Below are positions 40,854 through 53,203 of a stretch of DNA of 64,000 nucleotides, in pieces. This DNA is from Paraspadella gotoi. Lineage: Eukaryota; Animalia; Chaetognatha. The translations under genes and the position numbers were made by a program. Under the pieces are notes generated by a model, which saw only the letters and a program-made list of their open reading frames with translations, had not been told where the DNA came from and ran no database searches. Location of the stretch: assembly GCA_051294375.1 (NCBI GenBank), contig CM119267.1:2987631-3051630 (forward strand). Reading direction: 5' to 3'. Position 1 is the first letter of the stretch, and the number at the start of each line of letters is the position of its first letter.

Positions 40854-41085
40854 CGGAGTACAACATTGCATTCCCCGATCCATTACTTAAGGGTGTGGTC
40901 CTGTTATACAATTGAAACTTTCTTTGAAAGATTTTACCGATTCATTAATTGGGAAGCCAATGAGATTGTCAGATTGTTAGAGCGTCTTGATTGAAAGCTT
41001 GCAGGGTCCTGCTATGTTATTATCTTGAAGGAGGCCTCAAACCACCAAAACAGCTAATTTATTGAATGAATGGATAATTTAATAT
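40854..41085 (+). mobile_element. Family A, diverged copy
   Basis: cggagtacaa..ccccgatc..acttaaggg..caattgaaac..gtcttgattgaaagcttgcaggg..gaatggataattt. Confidence 0.8.
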
Positions 41086-42014
41086 TTAATATTTAATAAT
41101 TAATATTTAATATTTAATAAAACAACGAAAGCAAGAGACCAGGTTTTTTGAACAACCTCAGTCAAAAAAAAAAAATGCTTATAAATATAATTATATTTCG
41201 ATTATTCTTTCCCCCCCCCCGTTTTTTTTAAGTTTTAAATTGAATCACTTAACTTTTTCATTCGTCTAATATCACAACTATAATCGAATTAAAACTTCTT
41301 TTTTTTCGGGCGACATTAAACTAAGAAATCGCGGGGATTGAGAATCGAGCACGCGTTTCGTTTGGAGGAAGATCGATAGATCTATAGATCGATAGATCGA
41401 CAGATCGATAGATCTGTAGCTCGATTGATTGATCGATTGATCGATCGATTGAATAATCCATTCCGAACGTCCGTACTTTCGGTCAGTTGAACGATACCGT
41501 CGGTTACGAGATTGTACTGTTAGTAAGCTCGGTTAACTGGTGGGTACTGTGAAAAAAATACCAGTCGGTAAGGGGATTTTCGATTTCGAAGCGGGCACAC
41601 TGTCTTTCAAGAGTTTGCATCTGTCGGTTAAAAGGTCATTCATGTCGGTTACGAGGTCATTCGAGGCCGACGTGACATCCTCGTTTTCTCAGAGTCCACA
41701 TCCGGAGAGAATCCTTTTCCTTCGGCGGGTAAATAATAAAAAAAAAGATATATATATAACTTATAAGTTATGATGAGTGAATCTAAAGTCTCCCTTAACA
41801 ATATCTGTGCCCTCTTTAAAACTTTGATCGGATCCCCTTAAACTTTAAGGGGAGAAAAAAGTTTCGAACCAAATTTCAATTTTTTTTTTTTTATCTTCGT
41901 CTGTTTTTTTATTTTTTTTATCTTTTAGACTTTTTATCTTCTTTTTCTTTCAGCTTCTTTTTCTATTCTTTGTTCGATATTTATTTTGCTCTACATTTCT
42001 TTCTTTTTTCTTTT

Positions 42015-42272
42015 GGCATTATTTTCCCAGAACACCCCGTTTCATCTTAATTTTTTTTTAGTTAAAAATTAAGTTAGAGATTAATGATTGAGGTTAGGGA
42101 TTACGGTATAGGGTTAAAGGCTAAGGTTAGAAATTAAGGATTAGGGTTTCAAAATTATATTAAAGCTCGGGATAAAGGTCAGAAATTTAAAAAAATATAT
42201 TAATTTATTAATTAANNNNNNNNNNAGATTGGTGAAGGAACAGAAATCGGGCTCTCTGGGAAAAGAGAGCCC
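42015..42272 (+). mobile_element. Family C MITE with a TTAGGG-like interior
   Basis: The TIRs are ggcattattttcccagaacacccc and gggctctctgggaaaagagagccc. Both flanks are T-runs. Confidence 0.75.
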
Positions 42273-42709
42273 TTTTTGTTCGTCTTTCAAATTTTTTTTA
42301 CTAAAATTTATTTTTTTTAAAAAATGAGGGAAAAAGAGGAAACTCCATAAAAAGACGACGACAACGACGAAGACGACGACGTCAACAACTGATGCCTAAA
42401 AAATAAACTTTTAGAATTTTTTAAAGGTTTTTCTTTTTTTTTCTTCTTTTCTTTTTTTCTTTTTTTTTTCTTTTTTTTCTTATTTTTCTTTATTTTCCTT
42501 TTATTTCTTTTTCTTCTTTTTTTCCCTTTTTTTCTTTTTTTCCCCTTTTTTTCTTTTTTTTCTTTTTTTTCTGTCCCAAACTCCGACCAAGTCGCTTATT
42601 TTCTTGCCTTTTTATTTTCCTTCCACTCGCGCATTTTTCCAACCAATTTAACTTTCAGACAATCTGTCCGGGAGAAGAGAAAAAATGGCTTTCTCCACTC
42701 TCACTCACT

Positions 42710-42744
<35 letters not shown>

Positions 42745-42981
42745 TGTCTCATCTCTCTCCATCTTTCTCATTTTCTTTCCGCCTTTTCTCCTGTCTTCAA
42801 ACTTTTTCACTAACACTTTGTTCGTTTTTTTTAACTTTTTCACTGGTAAAAATATTTTTTTCTGCCAGGGGAAAACGAGGCACCGCGCATAGAAAGCAGG
42901 GGAACAAGTTTTTTCAGAACGAGGCTAAATTTCACTTGTTTGTTCAGAACATGAAATCCTCTCTCCTCTTCCTTTCTCTCT

Positions 42982-43017
<36 letters not shown>

Positions 43018-43596
43018 TCTCTCTCCTTCTCATCTCATCTCTCTCTCTCTCTTCAAGAATCCGATTCCCCGGTTCCACGTTCAACCCGCTTTTCGCCTCC
43101 ACTCGTAAGAGTAAAGAGAAAAAAAGAAAAAAAGAAAAAAAAAAGAAAAAAAACTTTTGGTTTTTCTCTTTCATTTTCTCGACGACGGTGTTGCGTTCCT
43201 GTGGGCGTGGCCTTCCTTTGTCGCGGACACGCCCCTCAGTCGCTCCCGGTTCACGGAGTAAAGTCGTCGTCGCTCGCCGGTCTTCCTCGGTCCGTATCGT
43301 CGTCGTCATTGTCATTCCAGGTCTGTCATCGCTATCTCTATCATTTCTTCATTTTTGTTTAGTGTCATTCTTATTTTATCAGCATTAATCTATTGTTTAC
43401 CATTTATGATATGTATATCACCGTTGTTTTTGTCGGTTTTTTTTTTGTATTTGTCATTTATCATCGTCGGTCGTAATTTGTCATCGTGATCGTCAAACTT
43501 TGTCGGCGAATGTCATTGTCTACCCGACGGTTCGTCCACGTTTGCGATCGATTCTCGAAAAAAAAAAACTGAGAATAATTGGAGACTTGAGTCATT

Positions 43597-43843
43597 TTTT
43601 GAGTTGCGCCGCGAGTACTCGCGGAGCAAATCTCTTTTCAGCAAGTCACTTTTCGGTCGGTCCGTCGGTCGGTCAGTCAATTCATTTGTTAAGACAGAAA
43701 AAACCTAAAATCTAAGAGACTGCTAGCGCCTCCTTCAGGAATTCCTAAAACTATAAGTAATAAAAGACGGAATGTGATCAAAGGGAAAGTCACGTGAAAA
43801 TAAAGTTACTGCGGCGCAACACGTTTGAATTACCGTTCTTGTT
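43597..43843 (+). mobile_element. Family B (HINE-like)
   Basis: It has gagttgcgccgcgagtactcgcggagcaa, a tcggtcggtccgtcggtc tract, the subTIR gcggcgcaac at 43811-43820 and the end ccgttcttgtttt. Confidence 0.75.
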
Positions 43844-44063
43844 TTTTTTGTTTTTTTTTATTTCTTTTTTGCTTATTTATACCTAGAGAGCGGAGTAGCT
43901 CGGGATTCACCTCAACTTTCTATCTTCACAAATAAAAAATCCATTTCATACGGATATTTATAAAACAGAATTTAAACACGAAAAAAGAGAGAAAGAAAAA
44001 TAAAGAATTTAAAAGATTCTGACTTCATCGATTAAAAATATTCACAGCCTCGAGAGTCGACAC

Positions 44064-44382
44064 TTAATCAGCGCAGTCAATCATCACCGCCAACCACCTC
44101 GATCAATCACATCGACCAATCATCTCCACCAATCACCCCGACCAATCACCTAGACCAATCATCTCCAACTGACCTTTGACCCAAATTTAGCTCGGCCGAA
44201 CAATCTCACTGTTTCTGTATGACTTCCTGTTCTCACGTTTACGAATCCAAAAAATCCAGGAAGTCGTACGTAACAGCGGCATGGTATCGGGCGAAGAACG
44301 ACGCGGCGTGACAACGGCCGTGACAAACGGGCGTGACAACGCACGAGGTAGACAGCGGTCGTGGTTCTATCTCCTTGGCAAC
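44064..44382 (+). promoter_or_regulatory. Candidate promoter or enhancer: 13-bp-phased CCAAT array, ETS sites and RFX X-box
   Basis: YYAAYCA cores fall every 13 bp from 44064 to 44155. ETS-like sites are acttcctg (~44222) and caggaagt (~44257). The X-box ATCTCCTTGGCAAC is at 44369-44382. Confidence 0.45.
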
Positions 44383-44690
44383 CGTCACTCTACTCTACAC
44401 AGCGATGAACTTTAAAAATCCGCAGAATTTAAATATTTTCCGATTCGATTCTTAATCTTTCTTTCGATGTTTATTCAAGCGACTGAGTTTTCTTCTTTTT
44501 TTTTTGTGAATCTACGCGAACCTAGAACCCGATTTTTTTTAGTAAATAAGGGCGACAAATTTTGTTGCGTAAAAAAAAAGAAGAAAAAACAGCGTTTCAA
44601 GCGCACGGATAAAATCACATTTGCAAATCGGAAGTTTTTTTTCTCTCTCTCTCTCTCTTCTCTCTCTCTCCCTCTTCTCTCTCTCCTCTA

Positions 44691-44721
<31 letters not shown>

Positions 44722-45817
44722 GGCTCACTACTATCTATCTTTTTCTCACTCTCTCACATAATTTATCTAGCTTTCACTAAACAATTCCCCCCCCCGCCTC
44801 CACCCCCCAGAACATATCCCTTCTCCGAAAAGTATAGATTTTTTCGCGTTTTTTATCTCGTTAAAAAAACTACGGAAGAAAAGCCCCCCCCCCCTTTTTG
44901 GGGGGGGGAGATCGTCAAGGTCGGAAAAGTTCGCGACTTTCAAAAAAAAAAAAAAAGATAAAAAAGGGAATCGATAATAAAGTCGATATCATCTTTTCCA
45001 TTACGAAACCCAAAGCCTCATAAATCTTCCAGAAAAATTCAATTTTTTTTTTAATGCTTTTCCGAGTCAAGAATCTTTCTTGACAAGACTAAAAATTAAA
45101 AATATAAACTTTTAAAGTAGAATCAGATATAAATTTAAATCGGTTATATATATTCAGTTAAATATTTATATTTTTTTCCCCCTAATGAGTCGATTTATCC
45201 AACGAGAGAGAAACGTAAACCAACTTGATCCAAGCTAACGTACGAGCTCAAAAATAAAAGCACCTTATTCTTTGGTTTCACTTGTTCCGATTCTAATTTT
45301 TAACTTGTTGCATTTTGAATTTGAAGAAATGTTTATTAAAGAAAATATATACAAAAACTCGAACCATGCTTCTGTACAAGTTTCGAAATAAATACTCGAT
45401 TGTTTCAATTCAATACAATGTATACATGTAACGAAGGGAGACGAAATTCATTTCAATCCCCAATACCCAATTCCCTATCCGTTATCTCCTAATCTTCCCA
45501 ACAGAGGCGCTGGCGAATCGTCCAACCTTGAAGCCACCAACAAAAGGCAAACAGTTTACGAAAAGGGGAAACCCTCATTCCCTTTGCCAAGAGATTAGTG
45601 TTTCCCCCTCTTGACCTTTCATTGTCTCTCGGCCGAATCTGCCGGATCTGCCGGATCTGCCGGGTCCCGGAGGCCGGAGCCCAAAACCGAGCAAAGCCCC
45701 GCCTCTTCTCCGCCTCTCCTCTTCAGTCCCCACCTCCCCTCCCCCGATTTCAACCGCCTCCCCTTAAAAAGCCTACAATCTTTTCCGTCGTTGTTTTCGG
45801 ACATGCCGGATTCGGAA

Positions 45818-46368
45818 TCGATCCCGGCGCCGAAAACGAGATCCCGGCGACGAAAACGAGATCTCGGCGCCGTAATCAAGATCCTGGGGCTGCAATCGAG
45901 ATTCCGGCTCCGGAAAAAAAGATTTCAGCACCGCAATCGCGATCTGGGCGTTGCAATCATGGTCCCGGGGCGATGTAATTGAGAACCCAGCGTCGCAAAA
46001 AGAGATCCCGGCGCCGTAATCAAGATCTTGGAAACCACGTTCAAAATATCATCGCCGCAATCAAGATCCCGGCAATCGAGATCCCAGCACCGCAAACGAG
46101 ATCTGGGCATTGCAATTAAGGTCCCGGCGACGTAATTGATATCCCAGCGCCGCAAAAGAGATCCAGGCGCCCCAATAAATCTTGTCACCGCAAATCGAGA
46201 TCCTGGCGCCGCAATAAAGAACTTATCACCTCAAATCGAGATCCTGGCGCCGCAATAAAGATCTTGTCACCGCAAATCTAGATCCTGGCGCCGCAATAAA
46301 GATCTTGTCACCGCAAATCTAGATCCTGGCGCCGCAATAAAGATCTTGTCACCGCAAATCGAGATCGC
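45818..46368 (+). repeat. GC-rich ~20-bp minisatellite (gatcccggcgccgcaatcga-type) grading into a 41-bp dimeric repeat
   Basis: Monomers are diverged on the left. Near-perfect 41-bp units gatcctggcgccgcaataaagatcttgtcaccgcaaatcta start at 46199, 46240, 46281 and 46322. Confidence 0.9.
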
Positions 46369-47136
46369 GGTTCAGAACAAACGACAAATTATTGAACCGG
46401 AAATTTCTACGGCGATTTATATTTTCCGCCATTTTGATCCATTTTTCCCGCCATTTTCTTTTCTGCATTTAAATGCAAACTGCCGCAATTTTTTTTCGCA
46501 AATTCGTTTTGCTGAAAAAGCTTTTTTTATGTCAATGAGTATCATTTATTTTATATTTTTAACGTGATATATATTAGATTCATATTCATAAATCAAACAA
46601 AGAGCAGAAAGTAACTTTTAATATATAGTAAAATTGATTAAATTTTTACATTTATTTTTAAAATTTAATAAAAAATAAAATAAAAATAAAAAAACGTTTG
46701 ACGTTTGTTTATTTTTTTCCTAAATTTATAAGATTTTAAGAATTCAAATTTTTATCAATTCTTAATATGCGTTTTATTTCGAATTCAACTAGGTTGATTC
46801 AGTACAGAGAGGAGCATCAAAAAAAGCTAAGTCTAAAGACAAAACAAAGATAAAGATTGCGTGAAAACGACCACTATAGACAAAACAAGATTAAAATTAT
46901 TGATTAAAATATTTCAATCATAATAATAATAATAATATCACAGTAATAATGCAATCATATTATACTTAAGAATATTTCCTCGAGCTTTTAATTCTCCCTT
47001 TAGAATCTAATTTCGTCGAGACAAATTTTAACTTTTTTTAACTAATAATGCTTTTTTTTTTTAATATAGTAAAATTTTTTAAAAACTTGGATCCCGACGC
47101 GGATTTTCCATTTAAAATTCCCAGACGGAACTCTTC

Positions 47137-47571
47137 TCACTCAATCGCACATTTTCTCCCGTCGAATTTCCTTTCAGATTTGTTTCCCCTAAAATCCTCG
47201 GCGGAAATATCGACGTCTAAATCTCGCTTTTCCCTTTTCTCAGATTTTTCTCTCTCGGATTTATATTCGGGACTCTCAGATTTATATTCGGACTCAGCGA
47301 ATCGGATTTCGAGCTGTCGATGCAAACCGGGATTCGTTTTCTCGGTCCTTAATGCGTCGCTTGGTCTCTCGGCGACGTGGGCCTCGTTTTTCTTTTTCAA
47401 AATATCCCAGATTCTCGGCGCCGCTTGTTCTTTTTTTTTATTCGGTTCCTCCGCCTCGACATCTATCCGCCATTTTTTTTTTACGAATTGTTTTTCAAAA
47501 CAAAAGTTTAGAAAACTCTCTCTTCTTTTCTCATGAGGCGTAATTCCGTTCAAAAAATGACTTTTCATCAT
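47137..47571 (-). CDS. Possible coding exon (charged, E/K/R-rich)
   Basis: A 144-codon open frame not made of microsatellite: ..WRIDVEAEEPNKKKEQAAPRIWDILKKKNEAHVAERPSDALRTEK... A possible gtgaga donor lies at its end. No homology was recognised. Confidence 0.3.
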   Translation of the reverse strand: MMKSHFLNGITPHEKRRESFLNFCFEKQFVKKKWRIDVEAEEPNKKKEQAAPRIWDILKKKNEAHVAERPSDALRTEKTNPGLHRQLEIRFAESEYKSESPEYKSEREKSEKREKRDLDVDISAEDFRGNKSERKFDGRKCAIE

Positions 47572-48516
47572 AAATATTGTATGTTAAGGTTTTTTTTTCA
47601 TTCCTCGTTTTGAATTCCCACTCGCCTCAAATTCATTTTGCTCATTTTTTATTCTGCCTGCTCTCTCCTCCTGCGTTTTTTTCCTCCTTTTCATTTGGGT
47701 TCGAAACTCGGCGCCATTTTTTCCAAACCATCTCTCTCCTCTCTCTTCTCTCTTCTTCTCTCTCTTCTCTCTCTCTCGCCCTCTCTCGTTATCTCTCTGT
47801 CCTCTGCTCAGTAAGTCGTCGTTATCTCTCCTCTATCACTCGTCTCTCGTCCTCTCTCTCTCTCTCTCTCTCTCTCGTGCTGTTTACAAAATATGATGGA
47901 GTCTTGGAATGTCGTTCTCTGGGAGCCAAGCGCCCGGATTCTTAGCGAGTCTCATCTTATATTTTTTTCCTTCCTCCTCCTCCTCCTCCTCCTCCTCCTC
48001 CTCCTCCTCCTCCTCTTTTTCTTACCATCTGTTATCTACATCATGAATCGAAAGCAGCAACGAAAGAAAATAAGGATGAGGCAAAAAAGAAAGAATAAAG
48101 AAAAAAAGAAAGAATACGTAGAAAAAGAAAAAAGAATAGAGAAAGAAAGAAAGATTGTTGATGGAAAGAATAGAGAAAGAAAGAGAGAAAGAATAGAGAA
48201 AGAAAGACAAAATAGAAAAAGAAGGAAAGAATATAGAAAGAAAGAAAGAAAAAAAGAAAGAAATAGAAAGAATGATCAAAAAGATAAAAAATAGTTATCT
48301 ATTTATTGGAAACGATTTTATTTTTCAATAATTTCAAAAATAAAATCGTTGCAGAAACTATTTCAAACATTTTCACTTAATGTCCAAACGCAACGAAAGT
48401 TTAGTGGACAAAAAAATGAATAAATATGGGATAAAAACGTTTGCGGCTAATGACAGTGAATTAGTTAATAATAATATTACTTGATACTTGAATAACTGAT
48501 ACTAACTACTTCCTAT

Positions 48517-48692
48517 ACGAGACCGTGAGAGAGTCTTGATTGAAAGCTTGCAGGGGACCTGCAATGTTATTTTATTGTAAGAGTGATGGAAGCCTTAAAT
48601 CACCAAAGCCTGTCCAAAGTCAGGGGCAAAGACAGCTTATTTATTTAATGAATGGATAATTCTATAACTATATTGGTTGTACCAATTTCATA
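48517..48692 (+). mobile_element. Family A, 5'-truncated
   Basis: It runs from acgagaccgtgagagagtcttgattgaaagcttgcagg to ttggttgtaccaatttcat, followed by an A-run. Confidence 0.85.
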
Positions 48693-50100
48693 AAAAAAAC
48701 AAAAATAACAGCAAGCCAGTTTCGGCAAAGCAAAAGAAAACGAGAAGGAATACAATTGTCATTTTTGGCTTTTGTCGATGGGGAATAGAAAAACATTTTT
48801 GGCAGCAAAAAAAAAATAATAAAATCCACATGGAAGCGGCTTGCAAACGTCGATCCCATTTTCGTGGACGTAAACAAATAGTTGGCGCCGATGTCTTTGT
48901 CGTTGTTGTTGTTGTCGTTGTTGCCGAATCGAAGGGATTTCTTTTTTGACAGGATTCCACTCAATCTCTTTCTCTTTCCGACGTCTACGGGGCTGGACGA
49001 GGCCTAATGCTGCAAATGCTGCTAATGCTGCTAATGCTTAATGACGCACTGAGCCAATCAATGCCCAGAACTGATGTATAGGAGAATTCGTTTTCTTCGA
49101 AACGTATGTAAACGTAAAGAAATTTAAATGAATGGTTTTAGCGTAAAATAAACTACCAACAATATGAATTGAGTAATAGTTTTTAGTGGAGACTCCAGGC
49201 TATTGAATACTTTCTCTTGTCGAAATCTATTATCAAATTCCGAACATTTTATCCTTTTTTCTAAAAAAAAAAAGGACATAAACGAAATGTGTCTTTTGTT
49301 GATGCTTCTGGGCTTCTGCTCTCTACCTCTTTTTTCCCCCGCTTGGGAAACAATAACACGAAATTCGGCCAACAAAAGACAAACGGTTCAAAAAATAAAA
49401 AAATAAAAAAATAAAATCTCGCCTTCGATGCCTCAGTTGTTTTTTTTCATTCGAAATCGAGCGACGCGTTTTTCGTTTCAAAAAAAAAAAAGATAAAATT
49501 TCTTTGAATCGAAAATCGCGACGAAGAAAAATCGATTTAAGCAGAAAAAAAAATCCGATTCTCGTCGTGGACGCAGGATTCGGGCGATGATCGTAACATG
49601 AGGCGTTGCGAGGCGGTGTTGGCGGCGAAGGCGGCGGGGAAGACAGCGGCGACGACGGCGGGGAAGAAAGCGCCGGCGGCGGGCGAAAATCGAACGATAG
49701 CGTCGTCAGGGATGAGGGTAGGTCGAGATGGAAGCGAGAAACGCCCCCTTTCGATATTTTACACTCTTTTCTTATTACATCCGGGGGTCTTTCGTCCATG
49801 TCCATGTCCGCGGCGTCAAGCGTGTTACTCCTCAATCATTACCTGTTTTTTTCCTCAATGTTAGAGGCGTTGGGTATAACGCCTTTCGATCTCCTTATAA
49901 TGTCAGCTCGTTTTTATTCTCGTCAACTATGCAACTATGCATAGTATGCATCCTACTATCGTGTCACACCTCGCGTCTTCCTTTTCGTGTCACACCTCGC
50001 AATCGTTCAATAGTGTCACACTGGGCATCTCAATTTCGTGTCGCACCTCTCGTATCCACTCCAGTCGCGCGGTTCGATTCGCTTCGGTGTTGTCAATGCA

Positions 50101-50114
50101 ATCGTCATGGCAAC
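50101..50114 (+). promoter_or_regulatory. RFX X-box
   Basis: ATCGTCATGGCAAC fits the X-box consensus RTHNYYWTRRNRAC and lies ~220 bp upstream of a putative ATG. Confidence 0.45.
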
Positions 50115-50334
50115 GGCGTTGACTTGCGTCGCCGCCGCTGGAGGGGGACACTTGGTTCGTATCTAGACGAGGAATCGATAATTTTTTTTTATTTGTTTTT
50201 TTTTTCTTATTTTAATGTAGAGGGGAAAAATATCGGGGAAAGGTTTAGATTATAACGGATATTTTCTACACCGTTGTAACTGTTAAGTTAGATAAGCTAT
50301 CCTTAATTGTTTAAATGTTTTCCGAAAAAGAACC

Positions 50335-51732
50335 ATGTCTAACATTTCAGAATTTATACATGCGTCGTTAGTGATTGATAAAGGTTGAATCAGAATTTGT
50401 TCTAAATTTTTTTTTTCAGGTGAAATAAGAAAATAAATTTGGGATAGACATTGCCTATTTCAAATATTACAAAACCAATTTAGAAAGTTAGTATCTATAT
50501 TTTTCTTTGTTGATTAAAAATTCTTTGAAACATTATACCACTTCATCGATAGGGAAGCCAGGTACTCTAGGAGTGAATAAATAAGACAGTGAGAGAGTCT
50601 TGATTGAAAGCTTGCAGGGACCTATGTCATTATCTTGTCAGAGTGATGGAGGCCTTAAACCACCAAAGCCTGTCCAAAGTCAGGGGCAAGATAGCTTATT
50701 TATTAAATGAATGGATAATTTTTATATTGGTTGTACCAATTTCATAATAAAAAATGGGAATATTAGATTAGATTTTCAAACGTTTATATTGCAATTTAAT
50801 AGTCAAAATACTAAAAATAACAGAACGAAATTTTCGATCCTGACGAATTCGATCCGAAAGTTTTGACTCTGAGAAGAAACAAAACGTCAACCGTTGAGTT
50901 TGATCCCGCGCCCGCTTGGAACGCCACCAACGAACAAAACAAAAGGGTACAGACGAAGGACAATAAAGTCGAGTACAAGACAAACGGAGAGTTGGACAAG
51001 AAAAATTTGCAAGTGGCCTTTGTTGACACGAATCGGGGTAAAAAAAAAAAGGATTGAAACTTGAGCGAATTACAATTTGTAAATGTGATTTTATCTTTGC
51101 CGTAGAGATAGAAATGTTAACATTTTACTTCTTTATGAAATTACCTCGATTTTTATATAACTTGATGAGATGATTTTAAAGTACAAGTATTTTATGGTCG
51201 GTTCTCACAAAGGCAGAATGAATGATCCTACTAGTATTAAATGTTAAATTCATACTACGGATCTGTCATCAGTCTGTCACACTGCAGATGGGTCCCATCC
51301 CGTCCCGTCCCTATTAATAATTTTTTCCCGTACATCCATGAAGAGCCAATACTCAAATCATATCCTGGCGGCTACAATATTCTACAATATTCTACAATGT
51401 TCTATTGTGACGATCTTAAAGGCCGAGTGGTCGAACGGATGTTTTGAACTCGAAGCCGACAAAGTTCCCGACTCCCGCATAAACTGGAAGAAGTTAAAGG
51501 ACGAAGTAATCCAACGCTCATCTTGTGATAATAATCGTTAAAAAGTTAAGGATATAAAGTTAAATACAAATGTCGTAATGAATACGGTTAAATTCAGGCG
51601 AAACCGATTCTTCACGACGATAGAAATTCCGTGGCGAGGACGAGAAGAAAGCATCGTTTGTCTCGTCGTCGGCGTTTTGACGCTGATTTCGGTCACGTGA
51701 CTGAGAGCTCTTGGATTACTCATGGACATTAA
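50335..51732 (+). CDS. Hypothetical protein, ~5 exons
   Basis: Exon 50824-51037 (aacag/gtaaa) reads NEIFDPDEFDPKVLTLRRNKTSTVEFDPAPAWNATNEQNKRVQTKDNKVEYKTNGELDKKNLQVAFVDTNR. The exon ending at 51505 reads ..ELEADKVPDSRINWKKLKDE (acceptor at 51287 is in frame, or at 51421 with one extra T). The last exon 51598-51732 reads AKPILHDDRNSVARTRRKHRLSRRRRFDADFGHVTESSWITHGH-TAA in matching phase. The 5' exons 50335-50383 and 50420-50486 need indels. Confidence 0.6.
50519..50746 (+). mobile_element. Family A, 5'-truncated, intronic
   Basis: ttctttgaaacattataccacttcat...ttggttgtaccaatttcat. Confidence 0.85.
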
Positions 51733-53171
51733 TCGAGATATGAATATTAAATAATTAATGATGAAGAAATGAGATAAATACTAATTAAGAACGCCTAAAT
51801 TTTCGCCCCTGCGAAACACGACGTTTTTGTTAATTGAAATTCATTGTCTGTGCCGTTTTTCCATTGATCAATGAAAACTGATGACAAAATTCATATTGTT
51901 TTTATTTACTCAACCTTCGCTTAACGAGTTTCAGAATATTGTCTTGCTATTTTGTCGGATTTGGATATTTACGGTGCTTTCGCTAAAGGATTCGACGTCA
52001 GCGACAAAAAAGCGGATCGAGCGGAAAACATATTCCTCAACAATAAGGTTGGGTTATAATCCACCGAAAAACAACCGTAAAGTTTTCTTTTTTTAACTTC
52101 ATCGATGGATGTATATTCACTCCAAGGATGACAGCAAAAAATTATTGAGTATTATTGAATTATTTAAAAACTAATTATTTTTTCAAAAAACGCCAAAATC
52201 CCAGTCGGCGAAAGTAAAATTTTACCCCAAAGTATTATCACTTAGTATTGGTAAAGATTGAATAATGGGGAAAAAAGGGATCAAAATGAAAGATAGATTA
52301 TATACATTGTTTCGGGATTTTCTTACACAATTATGTCTAACCACGTTGGAAAATCGACTTCTGCTCTTGAAATATTCTTCGTAAATGAAAATTGAAATTC
52401 AGGAGCGACTTTGACGCCAAGAGAAATACAACACAATAGTTTTTTTTTTTAAAAAAAAGAAGAAAGTGATCTCTGTCTCTCAAAAGCTCTCAAAAAGGCG
52501 TCAAATTTTTTGAGAATGCGAATCGGAAGTTTGACGCTTTGAAGGACTTGAGACTTCTTAGTGACGACGAACGACGACGACAACGACCATGAGAGCGACG
52601 ACGACGACGACGACGACGACAACGACCATGAGAGCGACGACGACGATGAAAACGACGACTCTCTTCCAAAACAAATTTGGCGGAGTCGACGCGCCACTTT
52701 ACTTTCTTCGCCACGATGCGTCGAGTCAAACTGGAGTTCTTTTTTTTTTTTGGTTATGAAAACTAAATATTAATTACTCGAGAGTCATCGCTGGTACGTG
52801 ATTAATATTTAATTCACTATAATATTGTAGCTGGGACTCCCACGTGTGATTTTAAATTAAATAACAATTCATTTTCGAGTTATCATTTTATAACGTGTAC
52901 GTAAGGCTTAAAAACAAAACAATATTTTAATTTAAATTTCTCTTTAGGTTCCGACGTTTGTTTTGGTTACATTCTTCTTCCTCATGCCCCCTCCTCTTCA
53001 ATCCCCCTTCCACTCCCCCCACTTCTTCCCCCTCCCCCCTTTTCCCTTCTCTTCATCCTCCCTTCCCTGCCCCAAACTCCTACCCCTCTTCCCGAAAAAG
53101 GGCAGAAAGAAAAATAATCAGAATAAAAATAAAAGACGACGGACGACGACGACGACGACGACGAACGACGA

Positions 53172-53203
<32 letters not shown>

